From assembly GCF_006345805.1 (NCBI RefSeq), contig NC_043005.1, forward strand, positions 41,664,001 through 41,728,000: 64,000 nt of DNA, in the 5' to 3' direction. The notes beneath the pieces are model-generated. The model was given only the letters and a program-made list of their open reading frames with translations, was not told where the DNA came from and did no database searches. Made by a program: the position numbers and the translations under genes. The stretch is from Octopus sinensis. Its lineage: Eukaryota. Within the stretch, counting starts at the first letter, position 1. Every line of letters starts with the position of its first letter. Below, one piece after another: positions 52,250-64,000 of the stretch.

Positions 52250-52447
52250 AGTAGTAGTAGTTGTTGTTGTAGTAGTAGTATTTGTTGTAGTAGCTGTAGC
52301 AGATGTAGTTGTTGTTGTGGTGGCTGTGATGATGGTGGTGAGAGTGATAGCAGTGGCAGAGTTCTTTGTAGTGTTATTGGTGTTAGTATTAGTAGTAGTA
52401 ATGAGTGTCGTATTCTTCTTCTTCTTCTTTTTCTTCTTCTTCTTCTT

Positions 52448-52526
<79 letters not shown>

Positions 52527-52527
52527 A
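52250..52527. repeat. Compound trinucleotide microsatellite (TAG, TTG, TTC, TTA)
   Basis: Directly visible; explains the poly-L/I/R/T ORFs. Confidence 0.95.
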
Positions 52528-52772
52528 CAACACCCTTTGTAATTATGTTTTCTAACATAGACTGAGGACAGAAATTTAGTAGGACGGTAACAGTCGATGT
52601 TTTATCGATCCCAAGAAGATAAAGGGGCAAACTTGACCTCACCTGCATTTGAACTCAAAACGTAAACGTTAAAGAACCGGAAAAGCAAAAGAACCAATTT
52701 GCTAACTCACCACCCCTAACAAGAAGAAGAACAACTATTACTATAGCTACAATAATAATAATCATTTCTACT

Positions 52773-52974
52773 ATAAACGCTAGTCCTGAAATTTTGAAGA
52801 ATGAGGATAGTGATTAAATCGACCCTAGTATCCAACTGGTACTTATTTTATCGACTTCGAGAGGGTGAAAGTGAAAGTCAACCTCGGCGGAATTTGAACT
52901 CAGAACGTTAAGACGGATGTAATACCGCTAAGAATTTTGCCAGCTTGCTAACGATTCTGCCAGTTTTCGCCTTA
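52773..52974 (-). mobile_element. SINE family D (older remnant also at about 52585-52690)
   Basis: CAACTGGTACTTATTTTATCGAC...CAACCTCGGCGGAATTTGAACTCAGAACG...GCTAACGATTCTGCCAG. Confidence 0.85.
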
Positions 52975-53031
52975 CAAAAATGATAATAATGGTGGTGGTG
53001 GTGATGGTGATGATGATGATGATGATGATGA

Positions 53032-55620
53032 TTTTTCTATTAAGCACTGGATTTTTTCAAAAAAATCAAAGACGGTGCGGGACGATAAAAGCGTGTAAAC
53101 AGAGAAATAACAGAAACAAAGTATCAATTCAAATAAGTAATTCCCCAAAAATATGGGGGAGGTTTCCGATGACTGATCATGGAAACCCAAATACCATGGA
53201 TGCCGTGATCACTAGGGCATGTGATGTCTCCCCATGTTTCTTCCACAAATCTACAAGTGCACACTCAGAACAAGTTCATTCACTCGGATAATCCTCGCCC
53301 CTCTCATTCACCTTTCAACAAAGTTGCTGGGAGGCAGCAATTTATTCTCTACTCCCACTTTCCTTTTAAAGTAAAACTTTAAGTTGATGAGGGCTTGGCC
53401 AAATAGGAAGGTGCCAGTCTCCATTCCTTTCAGTCTTGTCTCCCGCCTAATCTATTTTGCCAAAGTCACCAGGTAGATGGGAATTACTTGTTCTTCCCGG
53501 CCAAAGAAAGAAATTGGCGAGGCGATCTTCACAATGGACACAACTGTTAGACGGATCCGGTCCAATCGCAACATAGACATAATAATTCTACATGGCAACA
53601 AAGCTTAGTACGGTGCTAGGACAATTTTGTCCCGGTTATTTCGTCGCTGGTTAATTTGTCCCCGGTCAATTCGTCGTTAATCTATTCATCCCTAGGCCAA
53701 TTCGTCGCTAGCCATTTCGTCCCCAAATACTTTCAAATATGATTTTCGGGGGAAAATTTAGAATTATATTCTTTTTCCTTTCTTTAACCCCACCTCTCTC
53801 TCTCTCTTTTTTCTCTCCGTCTCTGTCTCTGTCTGTCTCTCTCTTCTGCTTTCTCTTTCTTAGGTATCTGCGCTGAACAGTTGACGAACAAAGATTTGCA
53901 ATCAAATCGAATTGAATTTATTCTGTACGCCTACCCATCAACATGATTACCTGCAAGATCATAACTTCAGAGAAAAGGGAAAAAATCAAAGTGGTCGATC
54001 AAGAAAATTATATATACACAAAAATATTAGTAGAATGCAGATGGATTGAAGATATACTGGATATACGAAAATCATGTGTGCAAAGCAAGACTTCATACAG
54101 ATGAAAATTATAAAGAGCTTGGGATTCATAATTACGCTTCAACTGCTGCAGAGATAACTGCAAGGATAATAGTTTCAAATATTAAAGTAAAGTCTATTTC
54201 AATTCGTGATGCCCCTCGCTCAATTATCGTTAGTGAAGATCAGAATTTAAACCACTGTACATTGTTGCAAATACCTCCGTTTGCACAGCTTCATAGGAAT
54301 ATTAGACGCTGGAGGCAAGCTTATTTCAACTGTCCAGCCACCATACTTACAAATGTTGGGTTTTACATTCCAAGTGAGTACTCCTACTATGACAATGATG
54401 TTTTTACAGTATGACAACGGGATGGAAGATTCAAAACGAATACTAATATTTGCAAATGAGGAAGCACTTCGACAGTTAAAACAGCACAAGAACTGGGCGG
54501 CAGATGGAACATTTAAGTGATGATCAAGTATATATATTTCACATTCAAATTGATAATTTTAATGCTCCACGATTGTGCGCATTGCTCTCTGACAAAAGTA
54601 AAGACACGTTTTATAGACTTTTTCTAAAATAAATGAATTACTGGAAAATGAGGGACCTGATAATATAATCATGGATTTCGAAGAAGCAGTATATAATAGA
54701 TTTCTGGAATTGTTTCCTGGGTCGAATTTGGCATGCTACTTGTTTTATTTAGGACAAAATGTGTACAAGCAAGTTGTACAAGTAGTACTAAAATTCAGAT
54801 ATCACGAAGATGACAGTTTTAGTCTAAAAAACATTGTTACCTTAGCCTTCCGCCGGTTGATGATGTTATAGATGAATATGAACAACTTGTAGATGATGAT
54901 GATTTTCCACAATCCGTTGTTTCCTATTTTGAAAATAATTATATAGGACCACCTAGAGGAAGTGGACAGAGGAGACGACGCCTTGAACCTTTGTCCATTA
55001 CCTATATGGAATGTTTTGTATCGATGTATGACGGGGATTGCTCATACTACAAATAGTTTAGAAGCCTACCACAGTGCGCTGAAAAACAGTGAATATTAGT
55101 CATCAAAATATTTGGCAACTTATTGATATGATTAAATGTGAGGAAAGGTTTGCCAGTACCAAATTGCTGAAGTTTGTGCAAGAAGAACTAAGCCAAAAGA
55201 AAAAAAATACAGAGGTATGACACTGCGTATAGAAAATGTCATGGAAAAATATGATCCAAGCCAAAAAATAATTTTTATAAAAGCAGTTAAACACAATATT
55301 GAATTTTAAGAAAAAATAAAAATGTAAAATAGCAAACCTTAAAATAAATGTTTTTTTAAAAATTCAGATGTTAGTTCTTCCATTTTACCTATGATCTGGA
55401 CGAATTGACCTGGGGACGAATTGACCAACGACGAATTGACTGGGGACAAATTAAACGACGACAAATTGCCGTCGACGAATTGACTGGACACTGCTTAGTA
55501 TTACTAGTGGATGTAGAACAGCTTCATTGCTCTTCGGGCATTTGAAGCAGGCCCAGCTGACTGCATCGGTGCCTAGGGAGTTTATTCTGAAACGGAAATG
55601 CCCGGTTCGGGATAAATACT
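53032..55620 (-). mobile_element. Diverged Tx1-family LINE 3' fragment split by the MULE
   Basis: 53330-53570 aligns to 4250-4500 (CTCATCAACTT...AAAAGGAAAGTG.GAGTAGAGA); beyond the MULE, RAFPFQNKLPRH...ACFKCPKSNEAVLHPLV matches ALPVRDKLYRH...TCPRCGQSDETVLHAIV. Confidence 0.7.
53611..55492 (+). mobile_element. MULE (Mutator-superfamily, Phantom-like) transposon, defective
   Basis: 8-bp flanking repeat GCTTAGTA (53603-53610, 55493-55500); termini built of GTCAATTCGTC / GACGAATTGAC subrepeats; FLYWCH-like KIYW...CKARLHT; WAADGTFK, MDFEEA...FPGS, TTNSLEAYHSALK. Confidence 0.9.
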
Positions 55621-55639
55621 TGACATGGAAGTGATGTTT

Positions 55640-57430
55640 GTATGCTGGTGTATGTGATCTGTTTATTTCATAATGCTTGTATCTACCGTCATGTAGTTAA
55701 TAATTTTTTCTTCGTGTTTGGGTGGGTCTCCTGCTTGTTGAGGTGTATGAATTGGGTTGTTTGTGCTTGTACACGTAGTATCTGTGATAATGGTGATGGT
55801 GGTAATGGGGATTATGGTATAATGGCATTTGATAGTACTGGTGTATCTGCTATTGGGGATAGCATTGTATAACGTATATCTCTTATTTCTTTGTATCTAG
55901 CAGTTTTTTGTTGTGTTTTTGTTGCTTTTCTTTTTCTTTGCATTAGTAACTTTGTTCGACCCTATCACTTTCGCCACTTGTTAAGTCTTTGTGGTGCGAG
56001 TCGGAGAGTCTCATGTCTTTTGCGTGTATGTGAGTGTAGCTTTGCTGTTATTCGTATATTTGTTGTTGTTTGAGGGGTTTTCTGTTACTGTTTCAGCTTT
56101 CTGTGAAGTGGCGGCTCTTGACGATGGCTTAACTTGCTCCCACTGGTGGTGGTGTTGTTACTGTTTTTACTGTAGGTGCTACCACCAGTCCTGTAGCAGA
56201 TGCTGCAATCAATGGAACTGTGGTTGCACGCTGGCTTTTGTGTTACTGTAGTTGTTTATATTGTTGTCGTTGTTGTTGTTTTTGTTGTTGTTGATGATGA
56301 TGCTGTGGTGTTGGCAATAGTGGAAGCCTTCTCTTACCTGTAATTTTTTGTTGTTTGGATTGCGGTGATTACTGTTTCACACTGACAACATTGATACGTT
56401 CTAACATCTGCTATCACCTGCGGCTGCTGTACTCCTTGCAATCCCTATTGGTCGAAGACCTTGTCAGTGTTTCTACCGAATCAGCATCTTGAACCTCATC
56501 CCAACCAATTTTCTTTTCGGGTTCTTTTTACTTCTAGAAGAGTAACAGGGTTTTCCAAGACCACAGAATTCACCACCCACCGGAGGTCTAGTTCTCATGA
56601 TATATTTGAAAATTTCCACTTTCCGTTCCAGGTAAATCGGCATTACTGTAAAATCTTTGGTTCTTTATGGGATGGTAGAGTGGTCCTAGAATAGGGTCTA
56701 CGAGTGGAAAATAATCTGATGTACCCGAATTTAGGACCACGTTCCACAAAATTAATGCTTAGCCAAATGTTTTTTAACCAGAATTCAGGCTGGTCTGAAG
56801 CTATACGCTCTAATTTCTCTTCCGCTTTATTTTCTTTGAGAAGCATCTATATAGCATTATTTTCTTTTCTGTTTAGCCTAAAAGATGTGGCATACTGGGT
56901 ATAAGTTTTCTATGTTCTTGTCTGTTCATGAGTTTCCCTGTCTTTTGCAAATGTTCATGCGATCTGTCAAGTGAAGCGAAGTTGAAAACGGAGTTAATCT
57001 TAGCGAAAATAATATAATTTGCTGTGTTTTCACTGCTTCTTCCGCTATAGCTTTTGTTGTCATTGTTGCTACTGTTGCTATTGTTGTTGTTTTTTTGCTA
57101 CTGCCGTTTGCCCTTAGAGCAGACGTGTAGTATTTTAACTCTGAATTTTTAAACGATGAAGCACCTACCTTACACCATGTGATCTAATCCTTTTCTAACC
57201 AGGCCAATCTTACACCCATCAACTTGTTTTCCACACGGTTGAGCTTTGGTTTCTGTTTTCACAAAAACTGCAATCATTTTTCTTCCTATGCAAGCGTGAA
57301 TAACTCTGTTTCCCGTGTTTTTATATTAAACCATCGGCAGACTACCGTGTATGCACTTTTCTCCACTAAAACTTCCACTACGAGTTGCCATCCGGAACTC
57401 TTTTTCTTTTTTTGTTCAACAGCCTAGTAA
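55640..57430 (-). mobile_element. Heavily decayed retroelement ORF, possibly PLE N-terminal region
   Basis: INFVERGPKFGY resembles the L.KG.KF.P motif of PLE N-termini; otherwise low-complexity and stop-ridden. Confidence 0.3.
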
Positions 57431-58925
57431 AATATTTTCGTGTAATTGAATGCCATGTTTCTGTAATTTTAATTTTTGATGCTGCATCAGTTTTCCTATA
57501 AAACTTGTTCATATTTCGATCTGTAAGAAAAACGGATGCCACATTTGAAACGATGGTGGTGGCTGTATTAGTGATGGTTTTCCACTGTATTCACTCGGCT
57601 CTTTTTTAGAGACGGCAAACCCTCTCCATCCAAAATGCATGCTTGAGTTCTGTCACAGCTTTTCAATTATCAGCACTTTGCTTCTATCCTACTCTACTTC
57701 ACCAGTTGGGTCAAAGCAAGAATACCTCTATCACTCAGATGCAAAGATTTTCTTGATCTCAGTATTAATTTAGAAATAAGTAGAAGGATCGCTTTTTTAT
57801 TGTTTCAGATTGAAATTATTGGGATTTGTGTTTTGTTGTTTGGACAAATTTAAGACCCCAGTGACAGCGTTTCGATTAGGTAATGAACACTCGAACACGC
57901 AGGAAGTTTATCACGCATACATTCAGATTCATTAATTTACACTATCTCATGACTTTGATTTCTCTATAAATGTTACCGTCTACAAGTTAGCAATATCAAA
58001 ATTAATGATTTCTGTAAGAGACGTTGAAGCACTTGATAATTTCATCTATCTTATTGAGAAATATAAATATTAATGATAGGTCAACAATTAGATCACCTGC
58101 GACATTTCTGGCTTTGTTTCATTACATCAGTGAGTGTGAAAATGAGAAGACATAGCCTCAAAGTACATGAAATTATTGTTCTCACTACGCTTATTTATCT
58201 CAGTAATCGGTAGCAGACATGCTAGGTATCGTTATTTTACACAAATAAAACATCATTAGCCACGCAGCGTTATGAATAATGTAGATATTGGCAAATATAA
58301 CTTTATACTGTTTATATTTTACGTCGATTCTCAAGAAGTGTTTCGAGCAACTCCAGTTATAATCTATGCTTTTTCGAGATTAGATGTATTTTATGAACAA
58401 TTGCAGCGTGGGTGGTGTTTGTAAGCCATTTAAGAAACACATAAAAGCCGTTCGATTCACTTCAACATTTAAGTTTAATTTGTCAAAATATTTTCGTCGC
58501 TTTAAGACCGCGACCTGTTCACTGGCAAAAATCCGTGCTGCATCTGCATCTGTATTTTATGGATTTTATAATTTTATGAATTTTATTTAAAAAAATCATT
58601 AAATGCAAACTGGTATACACTGTCCTTAAAATCATGAATTATTTTAAAATGAAGAAACCCTCTCCATAAAACAAATTTGTCTTTAATGTTATTTAACTTA
58701 TTAATATTAAAGTGGCGGGTGTTGTCTAAAACAGTTTTGGTTTCTATGATTTTTGAAAAATTGGCTAAGGTTTTGACGATTTTTGGAAAATCGCATCATG
58801 TTTCTACATAAAAATTAATTCGGAGAATCGCTGCAAAATATTTAAACTTGTCACGTTGGCAATTACCTAGAGCCTGTTTTATTTCCATGCATTCGTATTT
58901 GCGGACACGGTATTAATAGACTTAC

Positions 58926-59012
58926 CTAAATATATTCCAAATATACGCGATTCCAACGAAAACGAAAGCGTAGAATTTAATGCAGTAATTTCCACCAACT
59001 TTTGAAAATGCC
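58926..59012 (-). CDS. Candidate 87-nt exon following the Cys-rich exon
   Basis: Acceptor TTTCTTTAGTTTTTTAG|, donor TAG|GTAAGT; phase-1 frame open (GHFQKLVEITALNSTLSFSLESRIFGIYL); a second frame is also open. Confidence 0.4.
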
Positions 59013-59491
59013 CTAAAAAACTAAAGAAACAGTAAAGCTCTTTTCAAAATTATTCACGCTATTTGAATTTTACAAAGACTTAGTAGGTTTATTGAAACCT
59101 GTATATTAACAAAAATAATATAGTTCTCTTTGAAAATTCATTGAATTTTAATTCTATTTCTATTGAAATGTTTAAAACCTACTTTTTATGTAAATTGATC
59201 AACACAAAATAAAGAGAATGAGGAAAAGTACAGGTTATGTTTTCTCCCAATTGATACAAACTAATGAAATTATTTTCTGTAAATGATTATTTTTTAGCCG
59301 TCGGTTTCCGATCAAGAAACTCCGATTGTCACGAGATTGAAAATTTTATTTCTGCTAATTTCCGTTTTGTAAATTTTCATATATTTTGTTGCAAAAGCTA
59401 GGCTTCTAATGACGTCAATGAATATCTTTTGATCGAAACAGTGTTTCACATCATCTACATATGATGTGAATAACACTAAAATGTTACTCAC

Positions 59492-59648
59492 CTTTGTTTG
59501 AGCATAAGAAACCAGCATGAGCGTAGCGATTATCACATGAACATTTTCTCCCAGTTGGCATCAAACAATTTTCGCATTGTGTCAAAGACGTTGTACTTCG
59601 GTGGCAAGTAATTGCATGGGCATCATTATTTTTGAATAGCCATAGAAC
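59492..59648 (-). CDS. Internal coding exon of a probably secreted protein with a six-Cys EGF-like module
   Basis: Acceptor TATTTTCAG|, donor AAG|GTGAGT; 157 nt, only one open frame: VLWLFKNNDAHAITCHRSTTSLTQCENCLMPTGRKCSCDNRYAHAGFLCSNK. Confidence 0.65.
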
Positions 59649-60142
59649 CTGAAAATACCATCAACAAAATCCATCAGATTATTTACGTAAATATCTTGAA
59701 ATTCAGTTCTATATCAGAAAGTCATAGGATAATTGCAAATTTTTGACTGATTTACAAACCGTTCTTCACATATTAAAATTATAGATATATATATATTAAT
59801 GTGGATAAATATATATTGCGTGAGTCTAACGTATAATATGTACTCGAAATATTTCTCATGTATTCTTCAATGCAATGTTGACTACATTATAAAATAATCG
59901 AAAATTATCAATCAAACATTATTTAACGTAAGACTCCCCCCACTTGAAATGGTACCACAAAAATTGATTCCACGATTTTGAAAACGTAGTTTCCTATATT
60001 TTCTTAGCATTTTTGACGCCATGTGTTACAGCGCTTAACGACGTAAAAATACCAAAAATCTAACTTACAGTGGATTATTTTGATTTCTTAAACAACAATT
60101 ATAAATCAATGTATATATATATAAACATGCACGCACACACAC

Positions 60143-60212
<70 letters not shown>

Positions 60213-60517
60213 TATACACCTTTTATTACTAGTTTCAGTTCGAGAGGCGCGTTACTCTAAGGTGCCGCCATACATAATGGCTGCGAACTCGTGTTTGAGT
60301 ATTGCTATCGACTGATCAAAAGCCCCACACATGCGAAGGCTACGACCAGTTACTTTTGTGATAGTTCTTTCTTTTTATCAAGCGATGCTTGAGCATAATG
60401 ATTCTTTTATAGTGGGGGAAGGATTTGCACAAAACCACTCTCATTCTTTGAACATGATGGACAACATAAACTCGAATATATATATATATGATATATATAA
60501 TACACATACAATATATA

Positions 60518-60573
<56 letters not shown>

Positions 60574-60574
<1 letters not shown>

Positions 60575-60883
60575 TAGCAGGTGTAGCCGGTAATTCCCGG
60601 GGGTAAATATGTTCTATTTAAACACATTAATACTCTGATATAAAAAAGCAATTTCGTTATAACTGCCACAAAAGGTGTATTTTCCGTCGTGAAAAAGTAC
60701 AAAAGGCACTCTTTATGTGGAAATGTATGTACGTATGTATGTATGTATGTATGATGTATGTATGTATGTATGTATGTATGTATGTATGTATGATGTATGT
60801 ATGTATGTATGTGTGTTGTACGTATGTATGTATACACACACACACTCATATATATATATATAATATATATATATATATAAGGA
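60574..60883 (-). mobile_element. Non-autonomous Helitron with internal microsatellites
   Basis: Minus strand A|TCCTTATAT 5' end; CCGGGAATTACCGG hairpin; CTAA|T 3' end (one change from CTAG). Confidence 0.5.
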
Positions 60884-61019
60884 TCTCTCATATTACGAAA
60901 GAATTGTCGTCAAGAGAATTCAGAGATTTTCATTTGTGAAAATCCAGTAAGAAAAATAAATAACAAAAAAAAATATCACCCATTATGTATCCTTCACATC
61001 TAGATATGCCACAATCTGC

Positions 61020-62075
61020 TTCTTCAAGAAAAAGGCGATTCGGATTCAGCCTACCCACAGACGTTGAAACATAATTTAGACCTTAATGAGCTCAACCGCC
61101 GCATAAATAAATGCGACAAAGCTAATGCAAAAGACAACGTGAGGACAGATTTTATCAGGATGCTGTACAGTAGAGGATACAGACCCAGGTTCACAGAGGA
61201 AGAGTGTGAGGAAGTGTGTAACACACAAACACCAAGACAACACGACAGGACCACCTCCAGCAACAACGGCAGCAGCGATAGCAGCAGCAGTAGCAGCAGC
61301 ATCAACTGTAAAAGCAGCAACGGCAGCAACGGCAACATCAACGACGACCGACGAACCGATGACGTTGAATGACATTAACAACAATAACAATAATAATCAC
61401 AACAACAGAGACAGTAACAGAGACAGCAACAGATACACAGATAGCACAACGGAAGGAAAGGAGAAAGAAAACAAAGAGAAAGTGAAAGAGAGAGACGAGG
61501 GAGAGGGGGGGAGAGAGAGATGGGGAGGACAAAGATATTAGATGGGAAGAATTTATCAACCTTCCGTACTACGGAGAAAGGGCTGAAAACATACTAAGAA
61601 ACGTCGTCAAAAGGTCTGGCGTCTGTCAGAATCACGAGGCAAGGCCACACTCTCAGACACTATCTTTCCCACGACAACAACCTACAGAACACATGCTGTC
61701 TGAACCAGTGTCCCAACGAAGCCAAGCAGCCAACGGACAGTATCAAGCTATGATTTCAAATGAATGTAATATATGAAATGATCTGTGCTTGCGGGGATAA
61801 ATATATTGGATCGATCAAACGACAGTTTCATGTAGAGTGAAAGAATATTTTCATAAGGCCACAACACCCAGCACCGTATTCCAGCACCACCATCACCAAC
61901 ACTGCGATGGAGAATTCTTCACTCGGACACTGGCCAGGGGAACAGATGCAGTCAACCTCCGAATAAAAAAGGCTCATTTAACAAGGAAGAAGGTGCTTAG
62001 CCTCAACCGCCGGAACGAACTTGTCGGTTGGAAATTTTCTTTTGCGTAATTTAGACGACAGTTTCTTCACTGCAC
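61020..62075 (+). mobile_element. Decayed Penelope-like element (RT thumb, Cys linker, GIY-YIG endonuclease)
   Basis: ELNRRINKC...MLYSRGY; INLPYYGERAENILR; TCCLNQCP; NVIYEMICACGDKYIGSIKRQ...RVKEY; LRIKKAHL...SLNRRNE. Confidence 0.85.
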
Positions 62076-62085
62076 CCCCGAATAT

Positions 62086-62140
<55 letters not shown>

Positions 62141-62142
<2 letters not shown>

Positions 62143-62308
62143 GACAGGCTTCTTTCAGTCACCGACTACTACCGAATCCACTCGCAAGGATTTGGTCGAC
62201 CCGAGGCTATAATAGAAGATACTTCGCCAAGGTGCCATGTAGTAGGGCTGGATCCGGGACCATGTGGTTGGGGAAGCAAGCTTCTTACCACACAGTTACG
62301 CCTACACC

Positions 62309-62309
<1 letters not shown>
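62141..62309 (-). mobile_element. 5' half of SINE family C
   Basis: Reverse complement of the head through GAAAGAAGCCTGTCG, then (TA)n. Confidence 0.85.
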
Positions 62310-62373
<64 letters not shown>

Positions 62374-62639
62374 GGAGTAATAAAGTATATATATATATAA
62401 AGTATATATATAATATATATATTCTCTTCTCCTCCTCCTTTGTTCTTTGTTCCCCTTTTTTCTCTCTTCATCTGTCCCTCTTTTCCACTCTCTCTTCTCC
62501 TCACACGTGACTAACCTTGGACTGCTGTCCTTTTCGTGGTCAGCAGCCATCGAGGCTAGACATTTTTTTCTCTCTTTGCCCCAAGGCATTTTTCTAATGC
62601 GCCAGCTCAAAGTTCACCCGTCCTGTCGAAAAGACGCCT

Positions 62640-62945
62640 GTCTGTGACGTCCTGTTTTTGTTATTATTATTATCATTATTGTTTTTACGTAATTTCGTAT
62701 TCTCATTCGTGTTATTATTGTTTTTACGTATTTTTGCATTCTTATTCGTTCCCGTCCTTGTTTTGTATACATTCGAGGCTTTCTTCCAAGGAATCTAATG
62801 CGCTTGGCTTAGATTTTCCTTTGGGGCTGGAAATTGCGAGGATGATCCGGTTCTTGACTGAAGATTGAAGGCTTCGAATGTCCCGTCCGTGTTTTTTGTA
62901 TCGTCTTCTAAATGTTTTGCGTTCTTGTCCCAGTTTGTATTTTTT

Positions 62946-62993
<48 letters not shown>

Positions 62994-63330
62994 GCGAGAA
63001 AGAAGCAACAAGAATGGATAGGTTTTTAGTACGATCGTTTCATACAAGGACAGGTTTTATTAAAAGTTGCAAAGATTACAGCATATAAACGAGTCCCGTA
63101 CTCATCAGCTAAAATACATGTAAGTTCTCTAGACATCCTAGTGTTTGAGGCTATACTCATGAAGTAATGTAGATAATTAAACAGATTTCTAAAGTTCATT
63201 AAAGTTCTTTAAAGATGATGTACAGTCTTATCACAGAATTTTAAAAAAGTTTTGATAGCATCACAGAGAAGGTGACCTAATCCATATGAATTTCCATAGA
63301 TATGATGAGGGATTATATACTCACAGAAGA
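62640..63330. repeat. Decayed short repeats around (CA)/(TA)n, probably PLE-terminus derived
   Basis: CTGAAGA...GAATGTC at 62858-62882 (+) and CTGATGAGTAC at 63108-63098 (-); internal duplications. Confidence 0.35.
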
Positions 63331-64000
63331 CAAATTTATCCATTGTTAATTACAACGAGGTGGGTCTCAATTCCTGCTTATTAGCATTACAGAGAGGGTG
63401 AATTAATCCTTTGTATATATGCACAGATTCCAATGGTGTAGATGTAAATTTCCAGAGAAATGGAGATGAATTTCATATTCACAGGCGATAAATTTTACAA
63501 TGGTTGAACACAATGAGGTAGGTATCAATCCTTGTTATATGATTAGGTGTTTGCCATATTAATCACATTACTGCTATTCACAAGAGGCTGTAGCTATTTA
63601 ACTCTTAAAGGCTGAAGGGCTTACTAGATCGGCCAAGAATAGAGAAGGGAATAGAAGAAAAGAGAGAAAATAATGGAGGAGGGAGCAAAAAGGGGGGGAA
63701 AGGGGGACTAAAAGAAAGAGAAAAGGAAACAGAGAATAAGAAGAAGAAAAAGAAAAAAGAGAAAAGAGAAAGAAATAGGGAAAGAAGGGAAAAAAAGAAA
63801 AGAAAAAAAGAGGGTTCTAGTTATACAGAAGAGCTAGTAGACTGTAAGTCTGGTTTTAATCAACAGGCATCTAGGAACTAGAGGGGAATATTATTCTTTG
63901 ACCAGTAAACCGTTAATTTATTGCTGTTGAAATCAGCTATGAGTTTAAAGAGAATCTAAAGAGATAACACAGTCAGGGGTTAAGGGGTCAGATGCTAAAT

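Noticed and set aside
57810-58225. Plus-strand signal-peptide-like segments (LKLLGFVFCC..., MKLLFSLRLFISV...) with GT donors
   Set aside because: No compatible downstream exon found and they conflict with the better-supported minus-strand exon; not excluded without RNA data.

Overview
AT-rich, microsatellite-dense animal DNA made mostly of transposable-element debris. The SINE repertoire resembles what I recognise from Octopus genomes, so the cephalopod assignment is an inference. No intact gene is visible. The window holds four tRNA-headed SINE families (my labels A-D), two CR1-clade LINE families, Tx1/L1-clade and RTE LINE fragments, several Penelope-like elements (PLEs) with GIY-YIG remnants, two Tc1 transposons, a mariner MITE, a FLYWCH-MULE (Phantom-like) transposon and two non-autonomous Helitrons. 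One well-bounded minus-strand exon (59492-59648) encodes a six-cysteine module. The most striking signal is a series of fold-back inverted repeats embedded in (TA)n. The 10994-11720 fold-backs match a PLE 3' end elsewhere in the window, and three others carry whole or partial minimal hammerhead-ribozyme motifs. The 526-bp palindrome at 35761-36286 has a complete motif with a compensatory U3-A8 core. Other points of interest are a CCCH zinc finger in a CR1 ORF1 and SINE 3' tails shared with both CR1 and Tx1 LINEs. All alignments and coordinates were done by eye; boundaries of decayed elements are approximate.
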